A DNA stretch of 32,000 nt. It comes from Corynebacterium amycolatum. Its GTDB lineage: Bacteria > Actinomycetota > Actinomycetes > Mycobacteriales > Mycobacteriaceae. The notes beneath the pieces are model-generated. The model saw nothing but the letters and a program-made list of their open reading frames with translations, did no database searches and was not told where the DNA came from. This document shows, piece by piece, positions 1 through 8,945 of this stretch (its first letter is position 1; every line of letters begins with the position of its first letter). Location: assembly GCF_049243625.1 (NCBI RefSeq), contig NZ_CP046975.1; one strand, 5' to 3'. The position numbers and the translations under genes were made by a program.

Positions 1-429
1 TGCCTTGGTCGCCCGTGGCTATTCGCGCAGTTGTCCGCCGAGCTGCGTGGCAAAGAAGTGCCGCCGGCACCAACATTTGGTGAGGTCGCGGGGATTATCC
101 GTCGTCACGCGGAACTACTCGTGGAGCACGAGGGCGAGCGTAAGGGTTGCCGCGACCTGCGCAAGCACATCGCCTGGTACCTGCGGGGATACCCGGCAGG
201 CGGCGAGGTGCGCAAGTCTCTCGCACGCGTCGATTCGCTGGCAACGCTCGACGAGATTCTCACGCCGCTTTACGACGGCCCCAGCGCCCACGCCCGCCCG
301 GAGGACGCCGACGGCGCCCGCGGCCGACAGGGATCCCCTGCAAAGGTGGTCTTGCCGGAGGGCTGGCTGGACGACCCGGAGGACGACACCGTGCCTGAAG
401 GCGCGGAGATTATGCACTCCGGTGGCTAA
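1..429 (+). CDS. dus: tRNA-dihydrouridine synthase, C-terminal fragment (5' end lies outside the window)
   Basis: Frame 1 is open from base 1 (CLGRPWLFAQLSAEL...) and continues into the 31..429 ORF. The GRPWLF motif and the ...RKHIAWYLRGYP... helical C-terminal domain are typical of Dus family proteins. Stop codon at 427-429. Confidence 0.8.
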   Translation, partial: CLGRPWLFAQLSAELRGKEVPPAPTFGEVAGIIRRHAELLVEHEGERKGCRDLRKHIAWYLRGYPAGGEVRKSLARVDSLATLDEILTPLYDGPSAHARPEDADGARGRQGSPAKVVLPEGWLDDPEDDTVPEGAEIMHSGG

Positions 430-519
430 GCTTCGGTTCTGAGCGAGTGTTTACATAACTTTACGAGGGGTAATTGGGGGCTCCCCACTAACGCGCGACC
501 TTGTTGAGGATTGCCTACT

Positions 520-1257
520 ATGGAACGCATGCGCACTGTCTACCGAGAACAAATGGACAACTTGGCCCACAGTCTGATTGTGATGTGTGACCGAGTTGGA
601 TCCATGCACAAGCTTGCGAACAAGGCCCTCTTTGAGGCTGATTTAGTCTCGGCTGAAACCGTTCTTTCCCAGATTGATTCTCTCGAGGACCTGCGCCAGG
701 ATGCGGAGCAGCGAGCCTTTGAACTGTTGGCACGCGAAGCTCCTGTAGCTGGTGACCTCCGGCAGATTGTCAGTGGTCTCTACATTGTCGAAGACATCTC
801 CCGCATGGGCGCGTTGAGTGTGCATATTGCCAACGTTGCCCGGCGTCGCCACCCGAACAAGGCACTGCCGGAGCCCGTGGAGGGATTCTTCCGCGAGATG
901 GCCGCGGTATCTGAGCAGATGACGCACGAAACCCGTCAGGTACTCATCGACTACAACGTTGACCAGGCATTGGCCTTAGATAAGACCGATGACAGCATCG
1001 ACGACATCCATCAGCACCTGTTTACGCTGACCAACGACGATAATTGGCCACACACCCCCGCGCAGACGGTGGATGTCACCCTGCTGAGTCGCTTCTACGA
1101 GCGCTACGCGGATCACGCCGTCGAGGTTGCGGCCCGGATTGTTTACCTGGCCACCGGTTACAAGCGCGATGTCTACCTGGACAAGCTTGAGGACGAGCGC
1201 GACCAGCGCAGCTTTAACCAACGCCTGCAGGCCTTGGAGCGTCACCTGCGGATGTAG
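520..1257 (+). CDS. phoU: phosphate signaling/transport regulator PhoU
   Basis: Two-repeat PhoU architecture (..EADLVSAETVL..D..ID..; ..RFYERYADHAVEVAARIVYLATG). ATG at 520 lies 9 nt downstream of GAGGA (506-510). The track ORF begins at TTG 511. Convergent with pstSCAB, which I recall as the usual arrangement in Corynebacterium/Mycobacterium. Confidence 0.93.
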   Translation: MERMRTVYREQMDNLAHSLIVMCDRVGSMHKLANKALFEADLVSAETVLSQIDSLEDLRQDAEQRAFELLAREAPVAGDLRQIVSGLYIVEDISRMGALSVHIANVARRRHPNKALPEPVEGFFREMAAVSEQMTHETRQVLIDYNVDQALALDKTDDSIDDIHQHLFTLTNDDNWPHTPAQTVDVTLLSRFYERYADHAVEVAARIVYLATGYKRDVYLDKLEDERDQRSFNQRLQALERHLRM

Positions 1258-1277
1258 GTTCGTGAAGTTGCAGGCTG

Positions 1278-1421
1278 CTGGGGTGAGTGTTGGGTTGCTC
1301 AGGAGGGCTGGGTGTTGTGCTGCTGAGCTGGGTGTTGGACTGCTCGGCGGGTTTCAGGCCGGAGTGGAGCCGTTTTTAAGTCACACCAGGCTAAACACCG
1401 CCCCAGCCAAACACCGCCCCA
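1278..1421. repeat. array of degenerate G/T-rich motifs with inverted C/A-rich copies
   Basis: Forward copies are CTGGGGTGAGTGTTGG (1278-1293), CTGGGTGTTG (1308-1317) and CTGGGTGTTGG (1328-1338). Inverted copies are AAACACCGCCCCAG (1393-1406) and CCAAACACCGCCCCA (1407-1421). The region can form a long imperfect stem. It is non-coding, between phoU and pstB. Confidence 0.6.
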
Positions 1422-1430
1422 CCCCGAGAA

Positions 1431-1498
1431 AGTGACTAGGTTTATGACACTTTACTGCGAGTAAACGTTATTCATCTGACATAAACCTAGTCAGTAAC
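1431..1498. repeat. about 68-bp inverted-repeat (hairpin/MITE-like) element, copy A
   Basis: Perfect 13-bp arms GACTAGGTTTATG (1434-1446) and CATAAACCTAGTC (1480-1492). An inner palindrome TTTACTgcgAGTAAA lies between them. The element is AT-rich relative to its flanks. Its termini match those of the element at 11661-11735. Confidence 0.65.
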
Positions 1499-1610
1499 TG
1501 TTTGATCCCGCCACAAAAACTGTGTGCCCCGGCACAAAACACCTCCGCGGTTAGACAATCGGGTGGCAAAACATGTGCTCGACATAGCAATCTCATAAAC
1601 CGCAACAACA

Positions 1611-1666
1611 AAAAGAGCCCCGTACCTCACGCGTGTGCACGCGAGGTACGGGGCTCTTGCTTTTTG
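1611..1666. terminator. bidirectional intrinsic terminator (pstB 3' end; possibly also phoU)
   Basis: GC-rich stem GAGCCCCGTACCTC (1615-1628) pairs with GAGGTACGGGGCTC (1643-1656). It is flanked by an A-run (ACAACAAAAA) on the left and TTGCTTTTTG on the right. It lies 35-85 nt downstream of the pstB stop. Confidence 0.8.
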
Positions 1667-1699
1667 ATTATTTTGGCTATTAAGGCATACGCAAAGCGT

Positions 1700-2476
1700 T
1701 TAGCCGAAGCGACCGGAGATGTAGTCCTCGGTTTCCTTCTTGTCCGGATTCTCGAAGATCTTCTTGGTCGGGCCAACCTCGACCAGGCGACCCGGCTTAC
1801 CGGTTGCCTCGAGGGAGAAGAATGCGGTCTGATCGGACACACGAGCTGCCTGCTGCATGTTGTGGGTCACGATGACGATGGTGAATTCTTCCTTCAGCTC
1901 GTGAATCAGGTCCTCGATTGCCAGGGTGGAAATCGGGTCCAGTGCGGAACACGGCTCGTCCATCAGCAGAACTTCCGGCTCAACTGCAATTGCGCGTGCG
2001 ATGCACAGACGCTGCTGCTGACCACCGGAGAGGCCGCCGCCCGGCTTGTCCAGGCGGTCCTTGACCTCATCCCAGAGGTTGGCGCCGCGCAGGGACTTCT
2101 CGGCAACCTCCTGGAGATGAGCCTTGTTCTTAACACCGGCCAACTTCAGACCAGCCACGACATTGTCCTCGATGGACATGGTCGGGAACGGGTTCGGACG
2201 CTGGAACACCATACCGATGGTGTTACGAACGGAGACCGGGTCGATCTTCGGGCCATAGATGTTTTCGCCGTCGAGAAGCACCTCGCCAGTGACGTAGGCA
2301 CCCGGGATGACCTCGTGCATACGGTTCAGCGAACGGAGCACGGTGGACTTACCACAGCCGGACGGGCCAATGAATGCGGTAACGGAACGCGGCGGGACGT
2401 GCAGGTCGACGTTCTGCACAGCGTGGAAATCGCCGTAGTAGATGTTGACATCGTTAAGGTCTAGGCGCTTAGCCAT
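1700..2476 (-). CDS. pstB: phosphate ABC transporter ATP-binding protein PstB
   Basis: Walker [13 protein letters not shown] signature LSGGQQQRL, Walker [12 protein letters not shown]. It has the PstB-typical N-terminus (..[11 protein letters not shown]) and C-terminus (..DYISGRFG). Confidence 0.97.
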   Translation of the reverse strand: MAKRLDLNDVNIYYGDFHAVQNVDLHVPPRSVTAFIGPSGCGKSTVLRSLNRMHEVIPGAYVTGEVLLDGENIYGPKIDPVSVRNTIGMVFQRPNPFPTMSIEDNVVAGLKLAGVKNKAHLQEVAEKSLRGANLWDEVKDRLDKPGGGLSGGQQQRLCIARAIAVEPEVLLMDEPCSALDPISTLAIEDLIHELKEEFTIVIVTHNMQQAARVSDQTAFFSLEATGKPGRLVEVGPTKKIFENPDKKETEDYISGRFG

Positions 2477-2524
2477 GGTCTTTCAAAAACCTTCCTTGAA
2501 ATAGCGGACGTTAGGCGCCCAGCA

Positions 2525-3463
2525 TTAACTGCTCTTGACGGAGAACTTGGCGGATACGACGCGCGCCAGGATATTGATGAGGGCAATGATGAGAACCAGC
2601 GTGAGCGCTGCGCCCCACATCTTGTCGAATGCCGCACCGGTATTACCGGCCTTGTACATGTCCAGCATGAACAGTGGCAGCGAGGACTGCGACTGGCCGA
2701 ACGGGTTGTAGGTAATGATTCGCGAGGTTGCAACCAGAATCAGCATCGGTGCGGACTCACCCATAACGCGGGCGACGGCCAGCATGATGCCGGTGACGAT
2801 GCCCGACAGTGCGGTCGGGAGCACAATCTTCAAAATGGTCTTCCACTTCGGAACACCCAGAGCGTAAGAGGCTTCACGCAACTCGTGCGGAACGATGCGC
2901 AACATTTCCTCGGTGTTGCGGACCACGATCGGCAGCATCAGCAGAACCAGTGCCAGCGACACGGCGAAGCCGGAGCGGCTCATGCCGAACATGACCACCC
3001 ACATCGAGTAGATGAACAGCGACGCAACGATCGACGGCACACCGGAGAGGATGTCGACCATGAAGGTGGTGACCTTGCCCAAGCGGGAGTTACCTGCGTA
3101 CTCGACCAAGTAGATGGCGACGAAGATACCGAACGGCACGGTCATGAGAGTTGTGACCAGAGCCTGAACCAAGGTACCGACGATTGCGTGAGCAACACCG
3201 CCGGCAGACGCACCAACGGTGACACCGCGCTGGGAAGCAGTCCACCACTCACCACTCAGCAGTGACGGGGTACCTCGGACGACAAGCTCAAAGAGAACCC
3301 ACACCAGCGGGATTAGGGCAAGAGCCATGCAGCAGTAAATGAGGACCGTGGAGACGTTGTCCGCTACCTTGCGGGAACCCTTAATCTGGGTGAATGCCGA
3401 CTCCGTGGTGGGGACCATGTCTGCGGGGCCGTGAGGCGAAGAATCAGTAGTTGAACTAGTCAT
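2525..3463 (-). CDS. pstA: phosphate ABC transporter permease PstA
   Basis: Multi-pass membrane protein carrying the ABC permease EAA-type loop (..EASYALGVPKWKTILKIVLP..). It sits between pstC and pstB. Confidence 0.93.
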   Translation of the reverse strand: MTSSTTDSSPHGPADMVPTTESAFTQIKGSRKVADNVSTVLIYCCMALALIPLVWVLFELVVRGTPSLLSGEWWTASQRGVTVGASAGGVAHAIVGTLVQALVTTLMTVPFGIFVAIYLVEYAGNSRLGKVTTFMVDILSGVPSIVASLFIYSMWVVMFGMSRSGFAVSLALVLLMLPIVVRNTEEMLRIVPHELREASYALGVPKWKTILKIVLPTALSGIVTGIMLAVARVMGESAPMLILVATSRIITYNPFGQSQSSLPLFMLDMYKAGNTGAAFDKMWGAALTLVLIIALINILARVVSAKFSVKSS

Positions 3464-3495
3464 TGTTACTTCTCGTTTCTTTTCCTACGACCTTG

Positions 3496-4539
3496 CTACT
3501 TCTTCGCAATCATTCGGGCTGCGGAGTTGACCACGAAGGTCAGCAAGAACAGCACCAAACCTGCGGACATGTAAGCGCCGGCCTTGAGGTTGTCATTGAA
3601 CTCCGGTGCCGCATTAGCAATTGCGGTTGCGAAGGTGGTACCACCGTCGAAAAGCGAGCCACGGAATGCCGAGGACGGGGAGATTACGAGGTACAGAGCC
3701 ATCGTCTCACCGAGGGCGCGTCCCAGACCCAGCATCGAGCCGGAGATAAAGCCAGAACGACCGAATGGCAGAATGGCCAGCTTGACCATCTCCCAACGGG
3801 TCGCACCGAGAGCCAGCGATGCCTCAATGTGACCACGCGGGGTCTGAACAAAGACCTCACGGGTGGTAGCCGCGATAACCGGCAGAATCATAATTGCTAG
3901 CACAATGCCACCGGTGAAGAGGTTTCGACCGGTCTCGAAGGCCGGTGAGTTTGGGTACAGGGCAAACATCGGGATAAAGCCCAGTGTCTTAGCCAACCAC
4001 CCGTACAGACCAGCCAATGCCGGACCGAGAGCCATAAAGCCCCACAGACCGTAAACAATCGACGGCACTGCGGCCAGCAAATCCACGAGGTATCCCAGCG
4101 GCTTAACCATCTTCTTTGGAGCATAGGCAGTCAGGAAGATGGCAATACCCAGCGCAACCGGCATCGCCAGAATCAGCGCCAGGATGGAAACCGCGACGGT
4201 CACCAGAAACATGTTCGGAATACCGAAGTACATGGCGGAGGTATCCGCCAGGTTCCATCGTTCGGTGTAGGTGAAAAAGTTCGCTTCGTTACGGGACATT
4301 GCCGGAACTGCGCGCAGGAGTAGGAACACTGCAATTGCGATGATGGCAGCAGTCACCAATGCGGAAGATCCTACCGCCAGAATCTTGAAGATTCGGTCAC
4401 CAGGACGAACAACGCCGGACTGAATGGCTTGCTCTTCCGAGCTCTCGTCGCCGGAGGAATCCACCTGCGGTGCTGAGGACTGCAACAGACTGCTGTCTAC
4501 AGCCTCCTGCTTCCCTTCAATGGGAGTCGAGGAACTCAT
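3496..4539 (-). CDS. pstC: phosphate ABC transporter permease PstC
   Basis: Multi-pass permease with the loop ..EASLALGATRWEMVKLAILP... It follows pstS, in the canonical pstSCAB order. Confidence 0.93.
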   Translation of the reverse strand: MSSSTPIEGKQEAVDSSLLQSSAPQVDSSGDESSEEQAIQSGVVRPGDRIFKILAVGSSALVTAAIIAIAVFLLLRAVPAMSRNEANFFTYTERWNLADTSAMYFGIPNMFLVTVAVSILALILAMPVALGIAIFLTAYAPKKMVKPLGYLVDLLAAVPSIVYGLWGFMALGPALAGLYGWLAKTLGFIPMFALYPNSPAFETGRNLFTGGIVLAIMILPVIAATTREVFVQTPRGHIEASLALGATRWEMVKLAILPFGRSGFISGSMLGLGRALGETMALYLVISPSSAFRGSLFDGGTTFATAIANAAPEFNDNLKAGAYMSAGLVLFLLTFVVNSAARMIAKK

Positions 4540-4716
4540 GATCTCATTTCCTAAGTAGAAGTGATTTGTGCTTCAACGCACATGAAGACCGATTGGCCTC
4601 AATACCCCTCTACGAGCGGTACCCAATCAACTGAGGTGTCGATGTATAAAGCCAACCGGTCTACGTCAGGTTTTCGGCCTACAGCTCAAATCTGCGTGGC
4701 CGGCTGAAGTAATCCT

Positions 4717-4772
4717 CGCGCCAACCGGGTAACAACAGAGCCAACTCTGCTTTCACCCGCGTTGCGCGCAAC
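4717..4772 (-). promoter_or_regulatory. structured RNA element in the pstS-pstC spacer (candidate partial terminator or mRNA stabiliser)
   Basis: A perfect 12-bp palindrome GTTGCGCGCAAC (4761-4772) starts 4 nt after the pstS stop. The outer imperfect stem pairs ACCCGCGTTGCGCG (4755-4768) with CGCGCCAACCGGGT (4717-4730). It encloses an inner hairpin CAGAGccaaCTCTG (4736-4749). No U-tract follows. The spacer is 236 bp. Confidence 0.45.
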
Positions 4773-4775
4773 GAA

Positions 4776-5873
4776 TTACTTGATAGCGTCAACCGCTGCG
4801 GACAACTTGTCCTTGAACTCACCCTGAACCGGGATGTAACCCAGCTCTTCGAGCTCTGGGCCCTGGCCCTCTTCCAGAACAACCTTCAGGAAGTTCTTAA
4901 CCAAGTCACGAGTCTCCTCGTCGTAACCAGCGGAGCAGACGATTTCGTAGGTGGTCAGAACCAGCGGGTAAGCGCCTTCCTCATCCATTGCGAACAGAGC
5001 GTCGGTGTCAACAACCATGTCGTGACCCTCAGTCTTGAACGTGACGGAATCCAGAGCCTTACCGACGGTGTCGTTGTTCAGCTCAACCGGGCCATGGCCG
5101 AAGTCCATCTTGGCGATGCCCAGACCCTTGTCCTCCGCGAAGCCAGACTCAACGTAGGTGATAGCACCGTCGATATTGGAAACCTCGTTGACAACACCAG
5201 CCGAGCCGTTAGCGCCCTGACCAGTAGCAGTAGGGAAGGACTTGGAAGCCTCGTGCTTCCACTGCTCCGGAGCAGCAGCGCTCAGGAACTTCATGAAGTT
5301 ATCAGTAGTACCGGACTCCTCAGAGCGGTAGACAACCTTGATGTCCTTCTCCGGCAGCTTCGCGTCCTTGTTGACCTCAGCAATCTTCGGGTCGTTCCAC
5401 TTGGTGATCTTGCCGTCGAAGATTTCAGCAACCAGTGCCGGGGTCAGAGTGACATCAACGCCCTCGAGGTTGTAGGCAACGGCAACCGGACCGATAACCA
5501 TCGGCAGGTGCCATGCATCGTTACCATCGCAGCGCTTCTTAGCCTCTGCAACCTGGTCCTTGCCGTCCTTCTCCTTCAGCGGAGAGTCGGAGCCAGCGAA
5601 AGCAACGGTGCCAGCAATGAACTGAGTCTGACCGGAACCAGAGCCAGATGCGTTGTACGACAGAGTCGAGCCGGTCTCTTCAAACTTGGTGGCAAATAGG
5701 TCCATAGCGCGCTGCTGCGAGGTAGCGCCCTCACCCTGCAGCTCACCAGTGACGTCAGCCAAACCCTCAACGTTAGAAGCGCCTTCGCCGCCCTCTTCAG
5801 AGCAAGCGGCCAGGGTGAGACTTGCAATAGCGGCCAGACCAATGACGGATGCCGCACGATTCTTCTTCAGCAC
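4776..5873 (-). CDS. pstS: phosphate-binding lipoprotein PstS
   Basis: PBP-fold PstS sequence (..SGSGSGQTQF..AFAGSDSPL..). GTG at 5873 lies 7 nt downstream of GGAGGA. The signal peptide ends in the lipobox LTLAAC. The track ORF start at 6008 adds 45 non-signal residues and is unlikely. Confidence 0.93.
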   Translation of the reverse strand: MLKKNRAASVIGLAAIASLTLAACSEEGGEGASNVEGLADVTGELQGEGATSQQRAMDLFATKFEETGSTLSYNASGSGSGQTQFIAGTVAFAGSDSPLKEKDGKDQVAEAKKRCDGNDAWHLPMVIGPVAVAYNLEGVDVTLTPALVAEIFDGKITKWNDPKIAEVNKDAKLPEKDIKVVYRSEESGTTDNFMKFLSAAAPEQWKHEASKSFPTATGQGANGSAGVVNEVSNIDGAITYVESGFAEDKGLGIAKMDFGHGPVELNNDTVGKALDSVTFKTEGHDMVVDTDALFAMDEEGAYPLVLTTYEIVCSAGYDEETRDLVKNFLKVVLEEGQGPELEELGYIPVQGEFKDKLSAAVDAIK

Positions 5874-6221
5874 AGTAAATCCTCCGGGTTTACACAATGA
5901 GTGAAACAGTTCTCGTGGAACCGCCACACTCCGGTCCACTGCGCTGAACCTATCTACCGATAGTAACCGGAACCTGTTCAAAACATTAACAATCGGTGAA
6001 CGGCGCAAGTAATTCTTTATTTATCCTCATTTTCCCTGTAAGAAGCCCTAAAATGCGCCCCTGAAACACTGAGGATTGGACAACATCTCCCCAAAATCAC
6101 AAGTATCATTGCCCCCGCCACAGAGGAAAACCACCTAAAACTGAGACAAACCTAAGCTCGCCCTCTCCAATAACTCAGCCCTTCCCCAACAACTCGCCTC
6201 CAATAAACCGAACCGTCACAT

Positions 6222-7130
6222 TTACGCGCCGTACATCACATCACGGCGAGCCACTTCAAAGCCGACCGCACGGTAAGTGCGCACTGCCGGAGCATTGTCG
6301 CCTTCGACATAGAGAATTACCTTTTCCGCTCCCCGGCTCCGGAGATGGGAAAGCCCAACATTGGTCAACCATCGCCCCAGACCGCGTCCGCGCGCCTTCG
6401 AGCTCAGTCCAATCACATAGACCTCACCAGTTGGCACAGACTCCTCAGCGTGCCACTTCGTCCAGTGGAAACCACAAATCTCCTCCGCACTGTCGCGCGC
6501 CCCGGCCACATCCGCAGCAAAGAACACGCCCTCCGGGTCGAACCACTGCACATCCCGAGCGCGATCGAGTTGTGGCTGTGACCAACCCCCCTGCTCCGGA
6601 TGCCAATCAAACGCCTCGTTATTCACTGCCAACCACGCTCGATCTACCGCTGCCGCGCCCCACTTCGCACGTGCCGCAGTCAGGGTCAAGGCTTCAACAT
6701 CATCACGCTTATCGACGTCCCCCGCCGCCTTCTCCAACGCTGAGCCCGAAACGGACATCTGCAACAGCTCGCGGACAACCTTGCGTCCCGTCAACTCTGC
6801 CAAGCGGCTGGCACCGGCGACATCACCGTGAGCCCAGATAGGCAGACGCTCACCGACTTCAGCATCGATGTGCGCAAGCAGCTTCGCTCCCACGCCTTGC
6901 CTGCGAAACTCCGGATCAACAACCATCTCCATAGCATCTGGCGCAACGGCTGCCAGGCCCAAATAACGGTCGTTCTCGATAATCGCAAAGTGTCGATGCC
7001 CGAAAGAGTCGTCGTCAAGCCCTCGGACGAAAGCCTCGCCGAACGCCTCCACGCCGTCGGTGGAGTGGGCGCGCTGCAGTAGCGTACTGGCGGCGGTGGT
7101 GTCTACGTCAAGCAGTTCGGTTACGTTCAT
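6222..7130 (-). CDS. mshD: mycothiol synthase (mycothiol acetyltransferase), tandem GNAT
   Basis: Two GNAT repeats (..VDPEFRRQGVGAKLL.. and ..LSSKARGRGLGRWL..) in a protein of about 302 aa starting at ATG 7130 (MNVTELLDVD..). The longer 540-aa track ORF overlaps the divergent gene and has no homology-like features. Confidence 0.85.
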   Translation of the reverse strand: MNVTELLDVDTTAASTLLQRAHSTDGVEAFGEAFVRGLDDDSFGHRHFAIIENDRYLGLAAVAPDAMEMVVDPEFRRQGVGAKLLAHIDAEVGERLPIWAHGDVAGASRLAELTGRKVVRELLQMSVSGSALEKAAGDVDKRDDVEALTLTAARAKWGAAAVDRAWLAVNNEAFDWHPEQGGWSQPQLDRARDVQWFDPEGVFFAADVAGARDSAEEICGFHWTKWHAEESVPTGEVYVIGLSSKARGRGLGRWLTNVGLSHLRSRGAEKVILYVEGDNAPAVRTYRAVGFEVARRDVMYGA

Positions 7131-7211
7131 ACGCCCCACCCTATACACAGCCGCGGATTCAACACTTCCCCGATGTCCGCTGGGCCAAAAGCGATGGGGT
7201 ACTAATAGAGT

Positions 7212-8069
7212 GTGTCCATTTCCCGACGACAGAAGAAAATCGGTGGCTCCATCCTCGCCGTTGCCGCGCTGGTGATCGCCACCGACATGGGCTTCGCCAG
7301 CCATGCGGAGTACAAGCTCTCCGAGCATATTCAAGAGACTGCACAACTGGAGATGACCCCATACGTCGCCATCGGTGGCAAGGCCTACTTGTCCTCTTTT
7401 GTTACGGGTAAGTGGAGCTCCGTAACTTCGCGCATCCGCGATGTGGAGGTACCCGACTTCGGCTTGGTATCTCTGGAGTACGGAGCGTCCAACGTTAAGG
7501 TCCCAGCATCGGCAGTGCTCAGCGGAGATTTCCCAGAGTCGCCGACGAAGCAGTACTTCACCAAGCTCTCGCTCGACGGCGTCTCTCTGGGCAACAAGCT
7601 GGGGCTGACGGACTTGAGCATCCAGAGTCTGAAGGACTCCTCCCCCACCGGCGGCTGGGAGACCGAGGCAATTTTCGAGGCCACACCAGCCGGATGGCAG
7701 GGAAAAACTCAGGTCACGGCGAAGTTGCGCATTGTCAGCCGCGACGTGGTCATTACGCCGATGGAGATTATTTCTGCGCCCTCGTCCCCAACGGATTCTA
7801 AGAGCCACGTCAAACCTGAGCTGTCTGAGGCTGATACGCAGCACATCATGAACACCTTCGCTCTGACACTGCGAGATTCGGATATACCGATGGGCATGCC
7901 GGCGACTCGCGTATACGTGTCGGGCGGTTCTATCACCATCGAAGGCGAACAGATTCTGTGCACCGTGTCGCCAACGAACTTCATGCCGCCGACATCACAA
8001 CAGGATGCCGAGGCGTCAGCACAATCCACGGAGAAGCTGCCGGAGAAGAACTGTCGGGTGCGTCGCTAA
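7212..8069 (+). CDS. DUF2993 / LmeA-like membrane-anchored lipid-binding protein
   Basis: GTG start. N-terminal TM segment (IGGSILAVAALVIATDMGF) followed by the AEYKLSEHIQ.. opening typical of DUF2993. As I recall, the mycobacterial LmeA homolog lies near mshD. Confidence 0.6.
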   Translation: MSISRRQKKIGGSILAVAALVIATDMGFASHAEYKLSEHIQETAQLEMTPYVAIGGKAYLSSFVTGKWSSVTSRIRDVEVPDFGLVSLEYGASNVKVPASAVLSGDFPESPTKQYFTKLSLDGVSLGNKLGLTDLSIQSLKDSSPTGGWETEAIFEATPAGWQGKTQVTAKLRIVSRDVVITPMEIISAPSSPTDSKSHVKPELSEADTQHIMNTFALTLRDSDIPMGMPATRVYVSGGSITIEGEQILCTVSPTNFMPPTSQQDAEASAQSTEKLPEKNCRVRR

Positions 8070-8170
8070 GGCCGTCGTCAAGCATCGCCGTTAAACGTCG
8101 TTGCAGCGTTGGCACCATGCGCCAACAGCCCATACATGGCCACAAGAGCTTCAGCGGTAGAGTGTGAAGC

Positions 8171-8851
8171 ATGACCGAGAACAATGGCAGCAACCAGACA
8201 GACGCCGCTGCACAGGAGCCTGCAGCTGCGGCAGCCCCTCGCCTCGACGGCAACGAGGCCATTAACCGCGCGGCCGAGCAGGCCAAGAGCACCGCTACGC
8301 GCAACATCACTGAGCTTGAGGGGCTCCCGATCCCTGACGAGACCGCTAACCTGCGCTTCGGCCCGAATATTCACGACGGCCTGCTGGCACTACTGCCGCT
8401 GGTCGGCGTGTGGCGCGGTGAGGGGCAGGCAAACACCGTCGTCGACGGTGAGTACAACTTCGGCCAGCAGGTTATCTTCAGCCACGATGGCGAGAACTAC
8501 CTGAAGTATGAGTCGCGCATCTGGAAGCTGGATGAAGAAGGCAAACCAACCGGCCCTGACCAGCGCGAAACGGGATTTTGGCGCATCAACAACGATGACG
8601 AGATTGAGTTCATCTGCGTCCACTCCACCGGCGTCACTGAGATTTACTACGGCAAGCCGGTCTCCGAGCGCGCATGGGAGCTGCAGGCAGCCTCCACAAT
8701 GGTCACTGCTACCGGTCCAGCATCACTTGGCCCGGGCAAGCGCCTCTACGGCCTGATGCCGAACAACGATCTCGGCTGGGTGGACGAACGCCTGCGGGAT
8801 GAGGAATTCACTCCCCGTATGTCCGCGCAGCTCAAGCGTTACGCAGGCTAG
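8171..8851 (+). CDS. nitrobindin-type heme-binding beta-barrel (FABP family / DUF1794; peroxynitrite isomerase family)
   Basis: C-terminal roughly 165 aa show the nitrobindin pattern (LLPLVGVWRGEG..Y.F.Q...FSHDG.NYL.YES..W......TGFWR..). The N-terminal roughly 60 aa are a low-complexity extension. Confidence 0.72.
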   Translation: MTENNGSNQTDAAAQEPAAAAAPRLDGNEAINRAAEQAKSTATRNITELEGLPIPDETANLRFGPNIHDGLLALLPLVGVWRGEGQANTVVDGEYNFGQQVIFSHDGENYLKYESRIWKLDEEGKPTGPDQRETGFWRINNDDEIEFICVHSTGVTEIYYGKPVSERAWELQAASTMVTATGPASLGPGKRLYGLMPNNDLGWVDERLRDEEFTPRMSAQLKRYAG

Positions 8852-8945
8852 GTTCTCCCCCGCTTTACGACGGGCGCTGTGTGGCCTGGCTGCGGGGCCC
8901 TATTACTTTGCGCACTACGGCTTTGGCACCCTACTGCGACAAGCC

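Noticed and set aside
1278-1498. CRISPR array interpretation of the repeats downstream of phoU (and at 11608-11735)
   Set aside because: The repeats are short, degenerate and irregularly spaced, and some are in inverted orientation. There are no uniform spacers and no cas genes, so this is not a CRISPR array.
1502-2464. 320-aa plus-strand ORF antisense to pstB
   Set aside because: It lies entirely within the unambiguous pstB coding region on the other strand. It has no recognisable motifs, so it is a shadow ORF.
6222-7844. 540-aa minus-strand ORF extending mshD upstream
   Set aside because: Only the C-terminal roughly 302 aa (from ATG 7130) look like MshD. The N-terminal extension is Arg/Gly/Leu-rich nonsense typical of high-GC shadow frames. 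It also runs antisense through the well-supported DUF2993 gene (7212-8069).
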